A DNA stretch of 64,000 nucleotides from Eledone cirrhosa (GCA_964016885.1 OZ024740.1:261206001-261270000), one strand, 5' to 3'; shown: positions 39,045-52,350, counted from the stretch's first letter. Notes: a model not told the origin generated them from the letters alone. Program-made: numbers and translations.

Positions 39045-39352
39045 CAATAATTGTTTCTACTATTGGCACAAGGCCAGCAATTATCCAGTACATTACTGGT
39101 ACTTTATTTTATCGACCCCGTAAGGATGAAAGGCAAAGTTAACCTCGGCGGGATTTGAACTCAGAATGGCAAGGGCCGTAACTCTATGCATCAAAGCATG
39201 GCGTCCGACCCTCTACCGATACTGCCAATTCACCGCTAGTAATCTGCTAGTAATAATTGTTTCTACTTTAGGCACAAGGCCAGCAATTACCCAGTGCATT
39301 ACTGGTACTTTATTTTATCGACCCCGTAAGGATGAAAGGCAAAGTCAACCTC
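39045..39352 (-). mobile_element. Two tandem SINE family A copies at the Helitron 3' end
   Basis: A full and a truncated copy separated and flanked by tctgctagtaa repeats. Confidence 0.85.
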
Positions 39353-39423
39353 TGCTAGTAATAATAATAATGATAATGAGTTTACATATTTTTCCTTGCA
39401 GACAAAAAGAAAAATCAATAAAA

Positions 39424-42385
39424 GATGACACATCTCAGGATTGCTACATTTACTGTTGGCACTCTGAGAGGGAGATCTGGTGAGATAGTAGAGATGTTAG
39501 AGAGAAGACATGTGGATGTGTGTTGTGTGCCAGAGGTGAGATGGAGAGGTACCTCAGCAAGGCTAATCACAGGCAAACAGCTTAGCTATAAGCTTTTCTG
39601 GGTAGGAAACGATGATGGGTTAGGTGGGTTAGGCATTTTACTGACTGAGAAGTAGATTGACAAGACAAAAGAAGTAGTTACAGTAAGTAATAGAATCGTT
39701 AAGATTAGATTAGTTGTAGACAATAGACTGCTGACAATTATCTCTACCCATGCTCGCCAAGCGGGCCTGGGTAAAGAAGCAACATTTACAAGCAACTTCT
39801 ACAGACAACCATAGTGACAGAAAATAGAGACCTAGTTATACTAGCAGGTGACTTCAATGGTCATGTTGGACAGCTCCAGGATGGATACACTGGGGTACAC
39901 AGTGGTTATGGTTATGACTCAAGAAACGAAGGAGTGAGGCTTCTTGAATTTTGTGATGCAAGTGAACTAACCCTTTGCAACACTAACTTCAGGAAACCTG
40001 CCAATCACCTAACCACCTTCCAATCAGGCTAGCACATAAGCATTTCTTGCTTGTTAGGCAATGAGACAGACAGATGATTACAAATACTAAGATATATACT
40101 CTGAGGAAGAATGCACCCCCAACAATAAGCAAGAGACAGAATAAGATACACAGGAAGGTATGGAAGAGGGAGATCTGGAAGCTAAAGGACCTTTCACTTA
40201 AATGTAAGTTTAGGAAAGTCCTATGGGATGTGTATGATGAGAGAGAAGACGAATTAGAATTGTATGATATAGAAGACAACTGTAAGTTCTTACGCGACAA
40301 TCTACTGCATGCAACTGAAAAGACTTGTGAATGGAGCAAAGCTCCAACCAGACAGAGGATGACTTGGTGGTGGACAGCATGGTAGATAGAGTCATTAAAG
40401 ACAAAAGACAAGCATGGAAGAATTGGAAAAATGTACATAGCATGCAGGGAAGCTGAGAGTAGGAGGTTTGCCAATGTTTTTCGACAAGAGGATCAAAGAC
40501 GTAAAGTGTTCCGCATTGCAAGGCAGTGCCTGCGTGTAAATCAGGATGTTGTTGGAGATAAGTGTGTCCGAAATGATGCTAGTTCATTTCGCATCACTGA
40601 TGCTCAGAAAAAAAGAGGCCTGGAATTGTCACTCTGAGAGACTGATGAATGTTGAGAACGAATGGGAGAGAGAGAAACTACCCCCAGCAGACCCAACAGG
40701 GGGACCAGCTATTGAGGTTGATGACTATAGGGTCAAAGAAACTATTAAAGAAATGAAAAGTGGTAAGGCCGCTGGACTGTCAGGGATAGTCACGGGGATG
40801 TTAAAGGCATCAGAAGTAAGAACTAAACTGGTTGCTCGCATAGTCAATCAAGTAATATACGGTGGAGTCATACCCAAAGACTGGTGTAGCAGTATACTTG
40901 TTAATTGCTACAAAGATAAAGGGGATGCTCTGGAGAGGAGCATTTATAGGGGCATAAAACTGATGGATCAGGTTATGAAAGTGACAGAAAGAGTGCTAGC
41001 ACATCTAATTAGAGAAAGAGTCAAATTAGATGAGATGCAGTTTGGTTTTGTGCCCGGGAAAAGTACAACAGATGCCCTCTTCTTAGTGAGACAACTACAA
41101 GAGAGGTTCTTAGAGAAGAATAAGCTACTATATTTAGCTTTTGTTAACCTAGAGAAGGCCTTTGATAGAGTACCCCGATCTGTCATCTGGTGGTCCCTAA
41201 GGAAACTAGGTGTAGAGGAATGGCTTGTGGGGAGAGTGCAAGCTATGTGCAGAGGGGCTGTCAGTAAAGTGGGAATAAGAATGGAGTTTAGTGAGGAATT
41301 CCAGATATAATTAGGAGTGCATTAGGTTTCGGTCCTAAGCCCACTCTTATTCATTATAGTCCTCCAAGCCATAGCAGAGGAGTTTAAACTGGCTGCCCAT
41401 GGGAACTTTGCTATGCTGACGATCTGGTACTTATAGGAGAATCAGTGGAGAAGCTAGAGAATAAATTCCGGCTGTGGAAACAAGAGTTAGAATCAAAAGG
41501 ACTGAGATTAAACCTAGCAAAGACTAAAGTATTGATAACTAGGAAAGAGGACAAGACTCTTATTCCTTCAACGAAATGGGCATGTTCGATATATAGAAAA
41601 GGAGTTGGCATAAGCTCTATAAAATGTACACAATGCAGATCTTGGGTACACAAGAGGTGTAGTGGGATAGTAGGCAGACTAACAGGAAAGGAAAACTTCA
41701 TATGTAGTAGATATTCAGGAAAAATTGATAGTAGAAGTGTCAGTGATAGGCACATTTTTCAAATGTAGCTAGGATCTATAGAGGTGGTTGATAGCTTTCG
41801 ATATCTAGATGATCAGATTATCAAGGGAGCAGGATGCACCGATGCCATAGTATCTAGAACAAGATGGAAAAAGTTTAGGGAGCTGCTTCCTGTTGACAAC
41901 AAAGGGTTTCTCCATGCGAATGAAAGATCAGTTATATGATGCCTGTGTGAGATGCTACATGGTAGTGAGACATGGGCAGCAAGTTGAGGATATGCGAAGG
42001 CTGAAGAGAAATAAAGCAAACATAATCCGATTGATGTGCAATGTCAAAGTGTGTGAACAACCAAGCATGGACGAGTTGAGAGTGAAACTGTGTATAAGAG
42101 GGATAAACTGTAGTGTGCAGCAGAGAAGACTGAGTTGGCATGACCATGTCATGCACATGGATGATGACTGCTGGGTGAAGAGGTACCAGGTAATCCCTGT
42201 GGAACAAAGACGCAGTAGAGGAAGACCACGGAATACATGGGCGGAGGTGGTGAGAGCTGACCTCAGAACACTGAAGCTCACAAAGGAGATGAGGAAGGAC
42301 TGTGACAGATGGAGAGATGATGTACTGAATAGGACCTGTCCCACTCTTGCAAGCAAGGAAAAATGGACGTAAATTGATGATGATC
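39424..42385 (+). mobile_element. Near full-length RTE LINE (APE-RT with PHD-like insert), decayed
   Basis: LRIATFTVGTLRGRSGE, AGDFNGHVG, KSGKAAG, YRGIKL, QFGFVPGKSTTDA, LEKAFDRVP, YADDL, WACSIY..CTQC..WVHKRC, RRSRGRPRNTW, (GAT)n tail. Confidence 0.92.
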
Positions 42386-42395
42386 CTACATGCAT

Positions 42396-42467
<72 letters not shown>

Positions 42468-42472
<5 letters not shown>

Positions 42473-43660
42473 CTCAAAGTCAACCTGACAAAGACTAAGG
42501 TCCTTGTAAGTAGACTAGAAAACAGAAACCAGATCCCCTCAGGGAAATGGCCTTGCTCAGTATGTAGGAAAGGTGTAGGTAGGAACTCCATCCTCTGCCC
42601 CAAATGCAAACAATGGGTACTCAAGAGATGTAGCGGGATCTCAGGAAGCTTGATTAAGAATGTAGGCTTCACATGTAGCAGCTGTGCTGAGACAGCAAGC
42701 AGCAAACAGCCACAGGAAACAAGTACCACCAATCTCTGGGAGGCCTCTGTAGAAACAGTAGACAGCTTCTGCTACCTAGGCGACCGAATTAGCAGCGGAG
42801 GTGGGTGTTCAGAAAGTAGAATAACTAGGGTAAGAACGGGATGGAAGAAGTTCAGGGAACTACTGCCACTGCTAGATGCAAAAGGCTTTTCCCTCAAAAT
42901 GAAAGGCAGACTGTATGATGCGTGTATACGAACAGCAATGTTACATGGTAGTGAGACCTGGGCGCTGAAGGTGGAAGACTTACATAGATTAGAAAGAAAC
43001 GAAGCCTGCATGTTCCGATGGATGTGTAATAGTAATATACGCGAACGGCAAAGCATAAATGAATTGAGAGAGAGACTGACCATAAGAGGAATCAAATGCT
43101 GCGTGCAGGAGAGGCGGTTACGCTGGTATGGACATGTGATGCGTATGAAGGATTAGAGCTGCATAAAAAGGTGCAGAGCACTAGAAGTCGATGGAAACCG
43201 CGGAGTGGGGAGACCCAAGAAGACCTGGGCGGAGGTGATAAAAGCCGACCTTACCCAATTACACCTCTCAAAGACAATGACACACGACCGTGACTTCTGG
43301 CGTTACGCAGTAATACAGAGTACCCGACCTCCCATGGGTACAAGCTGAAGCATATAGACAATATGCCCCCACACCCTCCCACTGCAAAGTGGTCGTGGAG
43401 GTGCCACGGCAAAAAAGCACCCAGCCCACACTGTAAAGTGGACGTGTAGGTGCCACGGAAAAAAGCACCCAGCACTCACTGTAAATGAGGTTGGTGTTAG
43501 GAAGGGCATCCAGCTGTAGAAATCAAGCCAAAATCAGTTCCTGTATGAGCATGGCATGGTCAGCCGACCAGACACTGCCCACAACAGGACAACCCGTCTA
43601 ACCCATGCTAGCATGGAAGAACGGACGTAAAACGGTGATGATGATGATGATGATGATGAT
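42468..43660 (+). mobile_element. RTE LINE 3' half, subfamily with long Meta-domain-like 3' UTR
   Basis: PHD-like finger, VDSFCYLG, RRLRWYGHVMRM; UTR 43330-43660 ends ggacgtaaaacggt(GAT)n. Confidence 0.88.
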
Positions 43661-43717
43661 GATATATATTTTCAGCCCCATGGATTTTGTCTATTATATC
43701 CCTTTGTTATATTTCGA

Positions 43718-43776
43718 ATACCTGATGATGTCACTGGATTCATACTGAACCCGGTCATTGAAATGAATTATAGTAT
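43718..43776 (+). ncRNA. Minimal hammerhead motif (same family as 52057 and 55561)
   Basis: atac-CTGATGA-tgtcactggattc..gaacccggtcatt-GAAA-tgaatta-TA-gtat, then AATAAA and (TA)n. Confidence 0.6.
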
Positions 43777-43781
43777 AATAA

Positions 43782-43844
<63 letters not shown>

Positions 43845-46800
43845 CGGCGATGAATTAGTTTTGCGAGGTTTTTGATACGAAATCGTGTGTCGAAACATAT
43901 ATTGTTATACTTGGGAGGGTCATATTTGTGTAATATTGCCAGAATTAGTAACAGAACACACCCACTGTTTGGTTGGTTTTCGCTTTTCGCTTCTGTGTCT
44001 TTTATATCGGTAATCTAATTTATTCGGTCCTCAATGTTGCCATTGACTGACCAACGGTCAAAAATAATACAGATACAATATAGACACAAACACATATATA
44101 TAGTTTATCAAAGTTCTTTCGTTGCACATCTGCAACATCGTCAGTGGTGCTATTGTTTCCTCCCGTTGCATTGTATTTTCTACGCCATCTTTATTTAATC
44201 TGTTTATATATTTATTTATTTGTTTATTTTATTTTGTCTTCTTTGCGCATGCGTTTGCGTGTGTGTATAGTGTTTTGTTTGATGTGTGTTCGTGATTGGG
44301 TGACTGTGTATTGGTTAATGTATTCTATCTTTACTAGTGTGTGTTTATATGTGTTTGTTGTTATTGTGCTTGTGTATGTATTTATTTATTTATTTATCTA
44401 TTTATCTATTTATACTTCTCTTAGGTAATTTTTGTTTGTTTGGGTGTTGTTGTTATTCCATTCATTCTTTCTGTTTAGCCTTGGCCTTCTAAGTTCTATT
44501 TCACTGGCCTCTCTGATTTGCCTATCTGCTGGGTCATTTCTATGTTTAGATATTATTCTGATTTCTATGTTGTCTATGTTACCGTCGTGTTGTTTTCTGG
44601 CATGTTCGTATAGTACTGAACCGTTTTTTCGTCCTTTTAGTTCCCCCCAGTGTTGGTCTATCCTTTCACCTATGCTACGATTTGTCTCGCCTATGTATGT
44701 TGTTGTCATGTTTCTGCAAGTACCCTCTGTACATCTTATGCTATAGACTACGTTTCTAGTTTTACAGTTTATCCGGGGGTTTACCTTACATATGATACAT
44801 TTCCTATTTGAACAGTGCGTTTTCTTAAAAGGGTAGGTTTTGCTGATCAGGGATTTTATGGTGGTTCCTGGCTTTTCTACCACCTTAAGTGGGTCTTTCT
44901 CAGGTCCTTTCTACACTGGTTAGCTAATTTCCCTCCAGGGGTAGCGTCCACAAACATGACACTCTGGTATCTCTGGTTGTCGTACCACGAGGTGGCTTTC
45001 CCTATCTTATGTCTAGCCCTATCTAAGCTATTCCATGATTTGCTCCTGTATAATGGGCAAATTCCTTTCATGTCCAGTTCTATGAGGGTCTTATACTTCT
45101 CCGTGGCTCCTTCGTATACTCTGATTCTGTCTCTTTGGTTGTAGCCAGAGAACTGCATGCGGTTGATAAAGTGTTGGATGTGTCTTTCCATTTCTGTTGA
45201 GTCGCACATGCGGGACACGTTCTTCATCACTCGTACCAAGTCTGCGATCAGAATATTAAACTTAGCACTACTGGACATTGCTGAGTTTTTGAGTATCAGG
45301 TATTTGGTGGCCATGGGTTTAGCATAGTGTGAGTGGAGAATTTGGGCTCTCTCGTTTATAGTGTTAATCCAGAGTTCCGTGTCTAAAACAGGTAGTCTAT
45401 TGTTAGGGTGTTTGGAAGGGTAGTCGATAGTTAGTTATACTCTGGTGTATGGAATTAGCTATCTGCTGGATGCTTTCCATTGTGCTACGTTCTAAATCCA
45501 ACTTGTTAGTGCTCTCTTGTGGGGATGTTCTTATAACTATATTGATATCGTCTACGTAACGAGAGTACATGATGAGGTCTATGGAGCTCTCATTAAGGAG
45601 ATCTTTAAGTCTCCTTTCCCACCATACCATAAAAAGGTTGGCAACGTCACCAGCTATGCTGACGCCAATGGCTCCTCCCTTATTTTGGGCGTAGATCTTC
45701 TCGTTGAACCTGAATATGTGGCCCTTTAGGGTAGTTTTGATACTAGCCCCTATTGCATGTGCGACCATTTTTCTTACCTGATCATTGTTTTGGGGGTCCG
45801 TATAGTTTTGGTCCACCCAATCCACCTTCCCATGGAGTCTTTTTAGACATTGAGGTTATGGTGGGGGGGGGGTCTACCTCTTATGTGTCTACTGGGGCAG
45901 AAACGTCTAAGGTCATGGCTGTCTAGGTAGTCAGTGTCGTAGGTAAGTCTAAGTAGGAGGCCCAGTTCGTCTGTGTCCACGTGCAAGACTCCACATCACT
46001 CTCAATGATCATCTCCACACATTTTTCCACAGCAAAATCAATGTTAATGGATGGGTACAGTGATACCACATCCATGCTGCCTATTATGCAGTTGGATAGG
46101 TTCCTGTTTTTGTTGCACTCACTGATTCTACTGAGGAGTTCCTCTGTACTGTCACATACATCTGGGGACATCTTGATTATGGGGCGTATAACCATTGAGA
46201 GGAAGTAGGAGATCCTGTAGTTACTAGCTATATTTTCTCCGCATACAGGTCTTGTTGGTGGTCCTGTTGTCGGGTCGTCGACTGTCTTGTGGTCTTTGCG
46301 GAGCCCATACAAGGGTGGTATGCCATTGTTGGACGCCTGGAAGTTGTTGGCAGTGCGTCTGCTCGGCTTTAGGATGTCGGTCCATATCATCATGTGAGCG
46401 TTGAGGATTTTTTCTCTCCCATCATGTATTTGCTGTGCAATTTCGCTCGTGTTGGTGATGTGGGGTTGCATAGCCTTGATATAGTTCGGCATGCTATCTA
46501 TTGACATCCTACCAGACTTATCCGTGGGTAGACATACTATCTCACCATCCCTTGTGCGCTGCTGTTGGGCCTCTGGTCTGCTCTGTGTCTTAGTATACCG
46601 GTCTACTATTTGTCTAATCTTATTTCTAGCTATGGTGAACTGTGCCTCTGTCTCGTCATCTATTTGTTGTGGTATGCAAACTCTTTTATTAAAGGGTAAC
46701 CTCGTAGGATAGATATTACCCATCTTATATGTTTTGTCAGTTGGGTTGAAGAATAATTTCTCTAAGGGGTTGTCATTATATCTATCGTCATAGTTGTGTG

Positions 46801-48142
46801 TGTTGCTATTATTGTTATTATGGTGGTTGTTGTTGTTCCTATCATTAGCATTATTATTATTGTTATGATTGCTAGATGTATTGTTGCTGTGATTGTTGTT
46901 TTCTTCACCGTTATTGTTGTTGCTACTGTTATTTCTACCATTGTGGTTGTTACTTTTATTATGTTTCTTGTTTTTGTTGTGTCTATCATTAATGTTGCTA
47001 CATGTATTATTTCTATTATTAGCACTGTGGTTGTTGTTATTCGTATTGTTACCGTTATTACTACTGTGGTCGCTGCTGCTGTGTCTGTAGTTAATGTTTC
47101 TATTATTATTATTATTATTATTACTTTGCCTTTCATCCTTACGGGGTCGATAAAATAAAGTACCAGTAATACACTGGGTAATTGCTGGCCTTGTGCCTAA
47201 AGTAGAAACAATTATTATTATGGTTGTTGTTGTTGTTCTGTCTATCGTTAGTATTATTACCATTATTACTATTTCTCACTCTCCTGCTATTGTTATTGTT
47301 ATGACTATTACTATTATAGCTGTTATTTCTATACTCAGAGTTATTGTTTATATTACTACTACCGTTATTATTGTTGTTGCTGTCCGTATAGTAGTTGTTG
47401 TTGTTGTTGTTGTTTACTTTTGCATTCCAACGTATTTTTGTGAAACACTTTTCCAGCTCCGTTTTGCACTCAATAGGGTTAATCTTTTTGTAGATGGCAA
47501 ATGTTGGTGGTAGCTGCAGGATTTGTTGTTCTTGTTCACTGATTAAAGTGTTCCCATAAATATTTACTGTGTGGTCATTGGTAAATTCTTCCGGTAGTTT
47601 TACATCAGTCATACGGATATTGTTGATGTTATCTGGGTATTTTTGAGAATATTCTATTTTCCTTTCTTCTAGTTTTTTCTTATTCATCCATTCTAATTTC
47701 TTATTGAAATGCCTATTGCATTCTTTTCGGGCGTATTTCGTTTCGCGTCGGATGACGCTCATGAAGTCATCCCTTTCGTTTGGTGCGGTGAGATTTTGGA
47801 CATCCTTACCGTTAATGCGTTTCTGTCTGTAGAGTTCGTTGACTTTTGTGTATGTTGTTCTTTTCATATTAACTGTTATTGGGTGTTTTAGTCGTTCAGC
47901 TTGAGTTTTGTTCAATAATAAATTATTTACTTGTTTTGATATGTTTGTTGTGTATGTTTTGGAGGAAACACAGTGTTTTAAGAAGCGGATTTGTTCTGTT
48001 GTTATTGTAGTTTTTATATAACAGAAAACGGTGACTTTCAATAACCTTTCAGCTTGGCACAAGCTAATGCTATAACCACGATGAATTAGTTTTGCGAGGT
48101 TTTTGATATGAAATCGTGCGTCGAAACAAATATTGTTATACT
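43845..48142 (-). mobile_element. Near full-length Penelope-like element with 64 bp terminal direct repeats, inserted in (TA)n
   Basis: ORF pieces from 48062 to 44410: N-terminal domain, Asn-rich tract, PTDKSG, LYGLRKDHK, GSMDVVSLYP, GGAIG, YSRYVDD, GIY-YIG (VVYSIRC..YIGET..REA). Repeats at 43848-43911 and 48079-48142. Confidence 0.93.
47123..47218 (+). mobile_element. 5'-truncated SINE A inside the PLE Asn-rich tract
   Basis: Core and tail consensus between (TAT)n runs; breaks the PLE ORF. Confidence 0.85.
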
Positions 48143-48241
48143 ATATATATATATATGTATGTAATTATATTATATTTTGAGAATAAACTCTCAGTCATTT
48201 ACAATAATTAAGCTCCAGGAAGGGTCTCTTCCGAGCAGTTA

Positions 48242-48528
48242 ATACATTTAAAGTGTACGATAAACACGAAATGTGTTTACATTGCAACAGACAAAGTTAG
48301 CTATTAATGAAATAAACTAATAGAAGTGAATACAATATGTCTGTCTCGATATAAGTCAATAAAGACAATATTATATTGGCAACAGCCATGCCAATATAAT
48401 ATTGTCTTTATTGACTTATATCGAGACAGACATATTGTATTCACTTCTATTAGTTTATTTCATTAATAGCTAACTTTGTCTGTTGCAATGTAAACACATT
48501 TCGTGTTTATCGTACACTTTAAATGTAT
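48242..48528. repeat. Apparently perfect fold-back (~139 bp arms, 9 nt loop)
   Basis: atacatttaaag...tattggc AACAGCCAT gccaata...ctttaaatgtat, flanked by (TA)n. Confidence 0.95.
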
Positions 48529-48535
48529 ATATGTA

Positions 48536-48577
<42 letters not shown>

Positions 48578-48729
48578 CGAAACATAAGTCAATTGCATGA
48601 ACTCATAATCCTTTATTTACTGCTATATATATTTCAATGATAGCCATTGAATGGCTATGACCAGTCAGTTCTTAGATATGCCAGCTCTGTGTTTATAGTG
48701 TGTATATATATATATATACACATGTACAA

Positions 48730-49110
48730 GAAGGCGCATGGCTTAGTGGTTATTAGCAATCAAAAGGTTGTGAGTTCAATTCTCGAACCAGGTGATGTGT
48801 TGTTTCCTTGAGCAAGACACGTTATTTCACATTGCTCCAGTTTACTCAGCTGTAGAAATGAGATGATAGGACTGGAGTTCCTATCATTCCACTGCAAAGT
48901 GGTCGTGGAGGTGCCACGGCAAAAAAGCATCCAGCACTCACTGTAAATGAGGTTGGTGTTAGGAAGGGCATCCAGCTGTAGAAATTAAGCCAGAATCAGT
49001 TCCTGTATAAGCAAGACAAGGTCAGCCGACCGGACACTGCCCACAACAGGACAACTCGTCTAACACATGCTAGCGTGGAAGAACGGACGTAAAACGGTGA
49101 TGATGATGAT
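48730..49110 (+). mobile_element. SINE family B with the long tail of the 42468-43660 LINE
   Basis: tRNA head and core; 3' part matches 43470-43650. Confidence 0.82.
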
Positions 49111-49121
49111 ATATATATATG

Positions 49122-49742
49122 ATGGCTGCCCCCTCGTTATCGAGTATGGCCATTGCACGATATACCATTATTAATAATTATTTATTAATTCTATCGTGCA
49201 ATACCTGTGCGTGAAGATATTTTTTAAAGTGAGAAAAGACTGTGCACTGAGCCAATCCCACTCTCTGAGCGACAGTAGCTATAACCCAAAAAGAAGAAAA
49301 GATCAACATCATCGGTAGCTTCTGAGCTGCAGGTTTTATATCGGAGTTATCCCAGTTTCCTGAGTTGCCTTCTCCTAGAAGAATTCCTTGACAAAGGCTA
49401 GGGGTCCTTCACTCTCAGTGGTTTAACCGCGCGATCGGGTGTCCAGCCCGACTATTTCTATGTCCCAGCGCATATACATACACATGCACCCATGTATATA
49501 CACATGTACATACATATGTACATGTGCATATACATATTTACACACTTTTGGATGGCCGTTGACTCTTGTGAGTTCTACCACCCTTTGTTTCCGCCCTCAG
49601 GTTTTGTTTTTTGTCCTGCAGGGTGTCCAAAATCACCCTACTGACCAAGTAAACTTGGCGGGGTTGCTGGTTTAGTCGCTGACGACCCGACCATGCGACA
49701 GGCTGTACTGGGTTACATGTTACCAGTAGCACTCAAGAGACT
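49122..49742 (-). mobile_element. Probable RTE-derived non-autonomous element, interrupted by simple repeat
   Basis: ctcgataacgagggggcagcc resembles a BovB-type 3' end; the gagttgccttctcctag block resembles RTE UTR sequence. Confidence 0.3.
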
Positions 49743-49746
49743 CGAC

Positions 49747-49801
<55 letters not shown>

Positions 49802-49866
49802 ATAAACGACCGGTAAGTTTCAGAAACCCAGTACAATGCGGTAGAAATTATTATATAAAATATAAA

Positions 49867-50260
49867 TGGAGGCACATGGCTTAGTGATTAGAGAATTGGC
49901 CTTGCAATCGAAAGGTTGCGAATTCAATTCTCAGACCGGGTGATGTGTTGTTTCCTTGAGCAAGACACTTTATTTCACATTGCTCCAGTTTACTCAGCTG
50001 TAGAAATGAGATGATAGGGACTGGGGTCTATATCATTCCACTGCAAAGTGGTCGTGGAGGTGCCACGGCAAAAAAGCACCCAGCCCACACTGTAAAGTGG
50101 TCGTGGAGGTGCCACGGCAAAAAAGCACCCAGCACTCACTGTAAATGAGGTTGGTGTTAGGAAGGGCATCAAGCTGTAGAAATCAAGCCAGAATCAGTTC
50201 CCGTCCCACTCTTGCAAGCAGGGAAAAAGCGGACGTAAAATGAAATGATGAAATGATGAT
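49867..50260 (+). mobile_element. SINE family B (short RTE tail)
   Basis: Same as 12698-13045, with the ~43 bp internal unit duplicated. Confidence 0.85.
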
Positions 50261-51139
50261 AAATAAAACATAACAAAGTAATGTTTTTACACAGTATATT
50301 TCAACATAATATTTCAGGGCAATTACCTCTTTCCAGATGTAAAAATGAAGATGGTTCAAACCAAAACAAACAATCGATGTGTTCTTTGCTTACTTTTGTT
50401 TAATATTCTGTTATTATTTCTTTTATCAGAAATATTTAGGAGACAAAGATCTACCATTTCAAGAAAGAAAGTAAGTAATTTACCAGCTATATTCCAAATA
50501 TTTATGAATTCTAACGATTTTAGAACAGTTTGAAATTGTCAATGTATTAGAAACTGAGGCATAACTTCTGATTACAGCCTCTTCCTCCCACCAGCTTTCT
50601 TTTCTCATATCTTTCTTAATAACGCAAATTTTTAAACGAAATTTTGCAGTAATGTATTTTCCATTATGTAGATGATGATGATGTTGATGAAATTAAAACA
50701 AAAAGAAACATTTTTTAAGGCTTTCATTATTGTTCCTTAAGGTTTTCCTTTATTGAATACTTCTGTGTACTCATCCGGTAAATGAGAGATGTAGGTTTGA
50801 TTCCCATGTGCGCAGATACCCATCTTTTTCCATTCAGTGGGTTTATACGTCCCATTACACCGTGTAACATATTTTTTGTTCCCCGGATATTTTGTCATCA
50901 TGTCTTCGAATTTCATGTTGATAGTGAATAATATCAATTATGATCATGACATAAACTTTCTACAGAAATGCATCGTCATTTCTACAACTATAATTGCAAA
51001 AACAAAAACAAAAACAAAAACAAAAACAAAAAACAAAAATTAAATAGAAAACATTTCTTTGAAATGTTGTCAACAAACTATGCGTATTTATAAATATACT
51101 TATGATGTGTATTTATGTAGTAGTATATTTAAAATTAGA

Positions 51140-51300
51140 GTGGCGAATTGGCAGAGTCATTAGAACATTGGATAGAATGCTCAATGGTATTTGTTTTGGC
51201 TCTCTGCTCTCTGAATTCAAATCCCGCTGAGGTCAACTTTGCCTTTCAACTATTCCAGGCTGATAAAAAAGATAGCAGTCTAGTACTGGGGTTAATTCTT
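51140..51300 (+). mobile_element. Older SINE family A-related copy
   Basis: tggcagagtcattagaac, gaattcaaatcccgctgaggtcaactttgcctttca. Downstream ~51325-51460 is homologous to 15265-15420. Confidence 0.65.
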
Positions 51301-51556
51301 GCTATATATCTCTTTTTCATTTGTATTCTTTCACTCTCATTCCTTCTCTGGAAGAAATTTGTTGTATTCAGACTTGAAGAGGAGATGAGCTCTGTCAGAT
51401 TTTGAAATGCCCTGTAATTGCCGTATTGATATACGGCGTACCTATGACTACCTTGGGAGTTACGGGTTCATACATATATATTTAAAATTAGTGCATGACT
51501 GCAAGTCAAAGTCTTTGATTGTGTACTGATTACTGTATATATATATATATATAAAT

Positions 51557-51706
51557 TATTTATTAAAATAACAGATTAAAGTTTAAGTAAAGAATCGCTG
51601 CTTTCACCCTTAACGGGATCTTCTGAAACTCCTGTTTCAGAAGATCCCGTTAAGGGTGGAAGCAGCGATTCTTTGCTTAAACTTTAATCTGTTATTTTAA
51701 TAAATA
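51557..51706. repeat. Fold-back (~73 bp arms) of PLE terminal sequence
   Basis: Arms match 26093-26160 (3' end of the YRDD PLE); loop tcct; 2 mismatches. Confidence 0.9.
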
Positions 51707-51787
51707 TTTGCTCTACAGTTCTTATATATTTGATATATATTTATCCTTATCGAGCCCTGTTTGGATTTTAGTCTTCAAATTTATTAT

Positions 51788-51864
<77 letters not shown>

Positions 51865-51866
<2 letters not shown>

Positions 51867-52309
51867 TTTGTTGGTTCACCACTGGATAGAATTGGTCATT
51901 CCGTATGGTCAATCTTGATGTAATATTATGGAGAGTAATCAACGTAGTGCAGTTCATCCGTCTTCGTTTGTATAGTTGGTGGTGCTAATACGAAGTTAAT
52001 TATTATAAATAAAATAACAGGAGGCAGGACTGGTGTAAATCCTTGAAAGGTTTATTATACTATGATCATTTCAATTACCGGGTTCCGTATAAATCCGGTG
52101 ATATCATCAGGTATTCGAAATATAACAAAGGAATATATAAAATCCATGGGTCCGAAATCAGAGACAGAGAGGACGACTGATCAACTAGCTGCTTTCACCT
52201 CGGTCAGTCGCCCTTAAGTGATGGCAACTCGGTCTACTAATGACCATCTGGTGAGGGGGTCGAAGGCTTATAATGTACTACCACCTCTCCGTCAGAGAAG
52301 GAAAAAAGA

Positions 52310-52350
<41 letters not shown>

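Noticed and set aside
48150-48528. Hammerhead in the 48 kb hairpin
   Set aside because: No CUGANGA/GAAA core with compatible stems found on either strand.
50335-50470. Possible + strand exon with hydrophobic stretch and GTAAGT donor
   Set aside because: AT-rich, no partner exons, no recognisable domain; too weak to call.
50737-50937. Protein-like ORF ending ...EVFNKGKP
   Set aside because: The opposite strand resembles a decayed tRNA/SINE-like head (ggtttgattccc); no in-frame acceptor and no recognisable motif.
51634-51675. Hammerhead call for CAGAAGA-tccc gttaa gggt-G(A/G)AA
   Set aside because: U4 is replaced, and no clear stem I or NUH site is visible; kept only as PLE terminal sequence.
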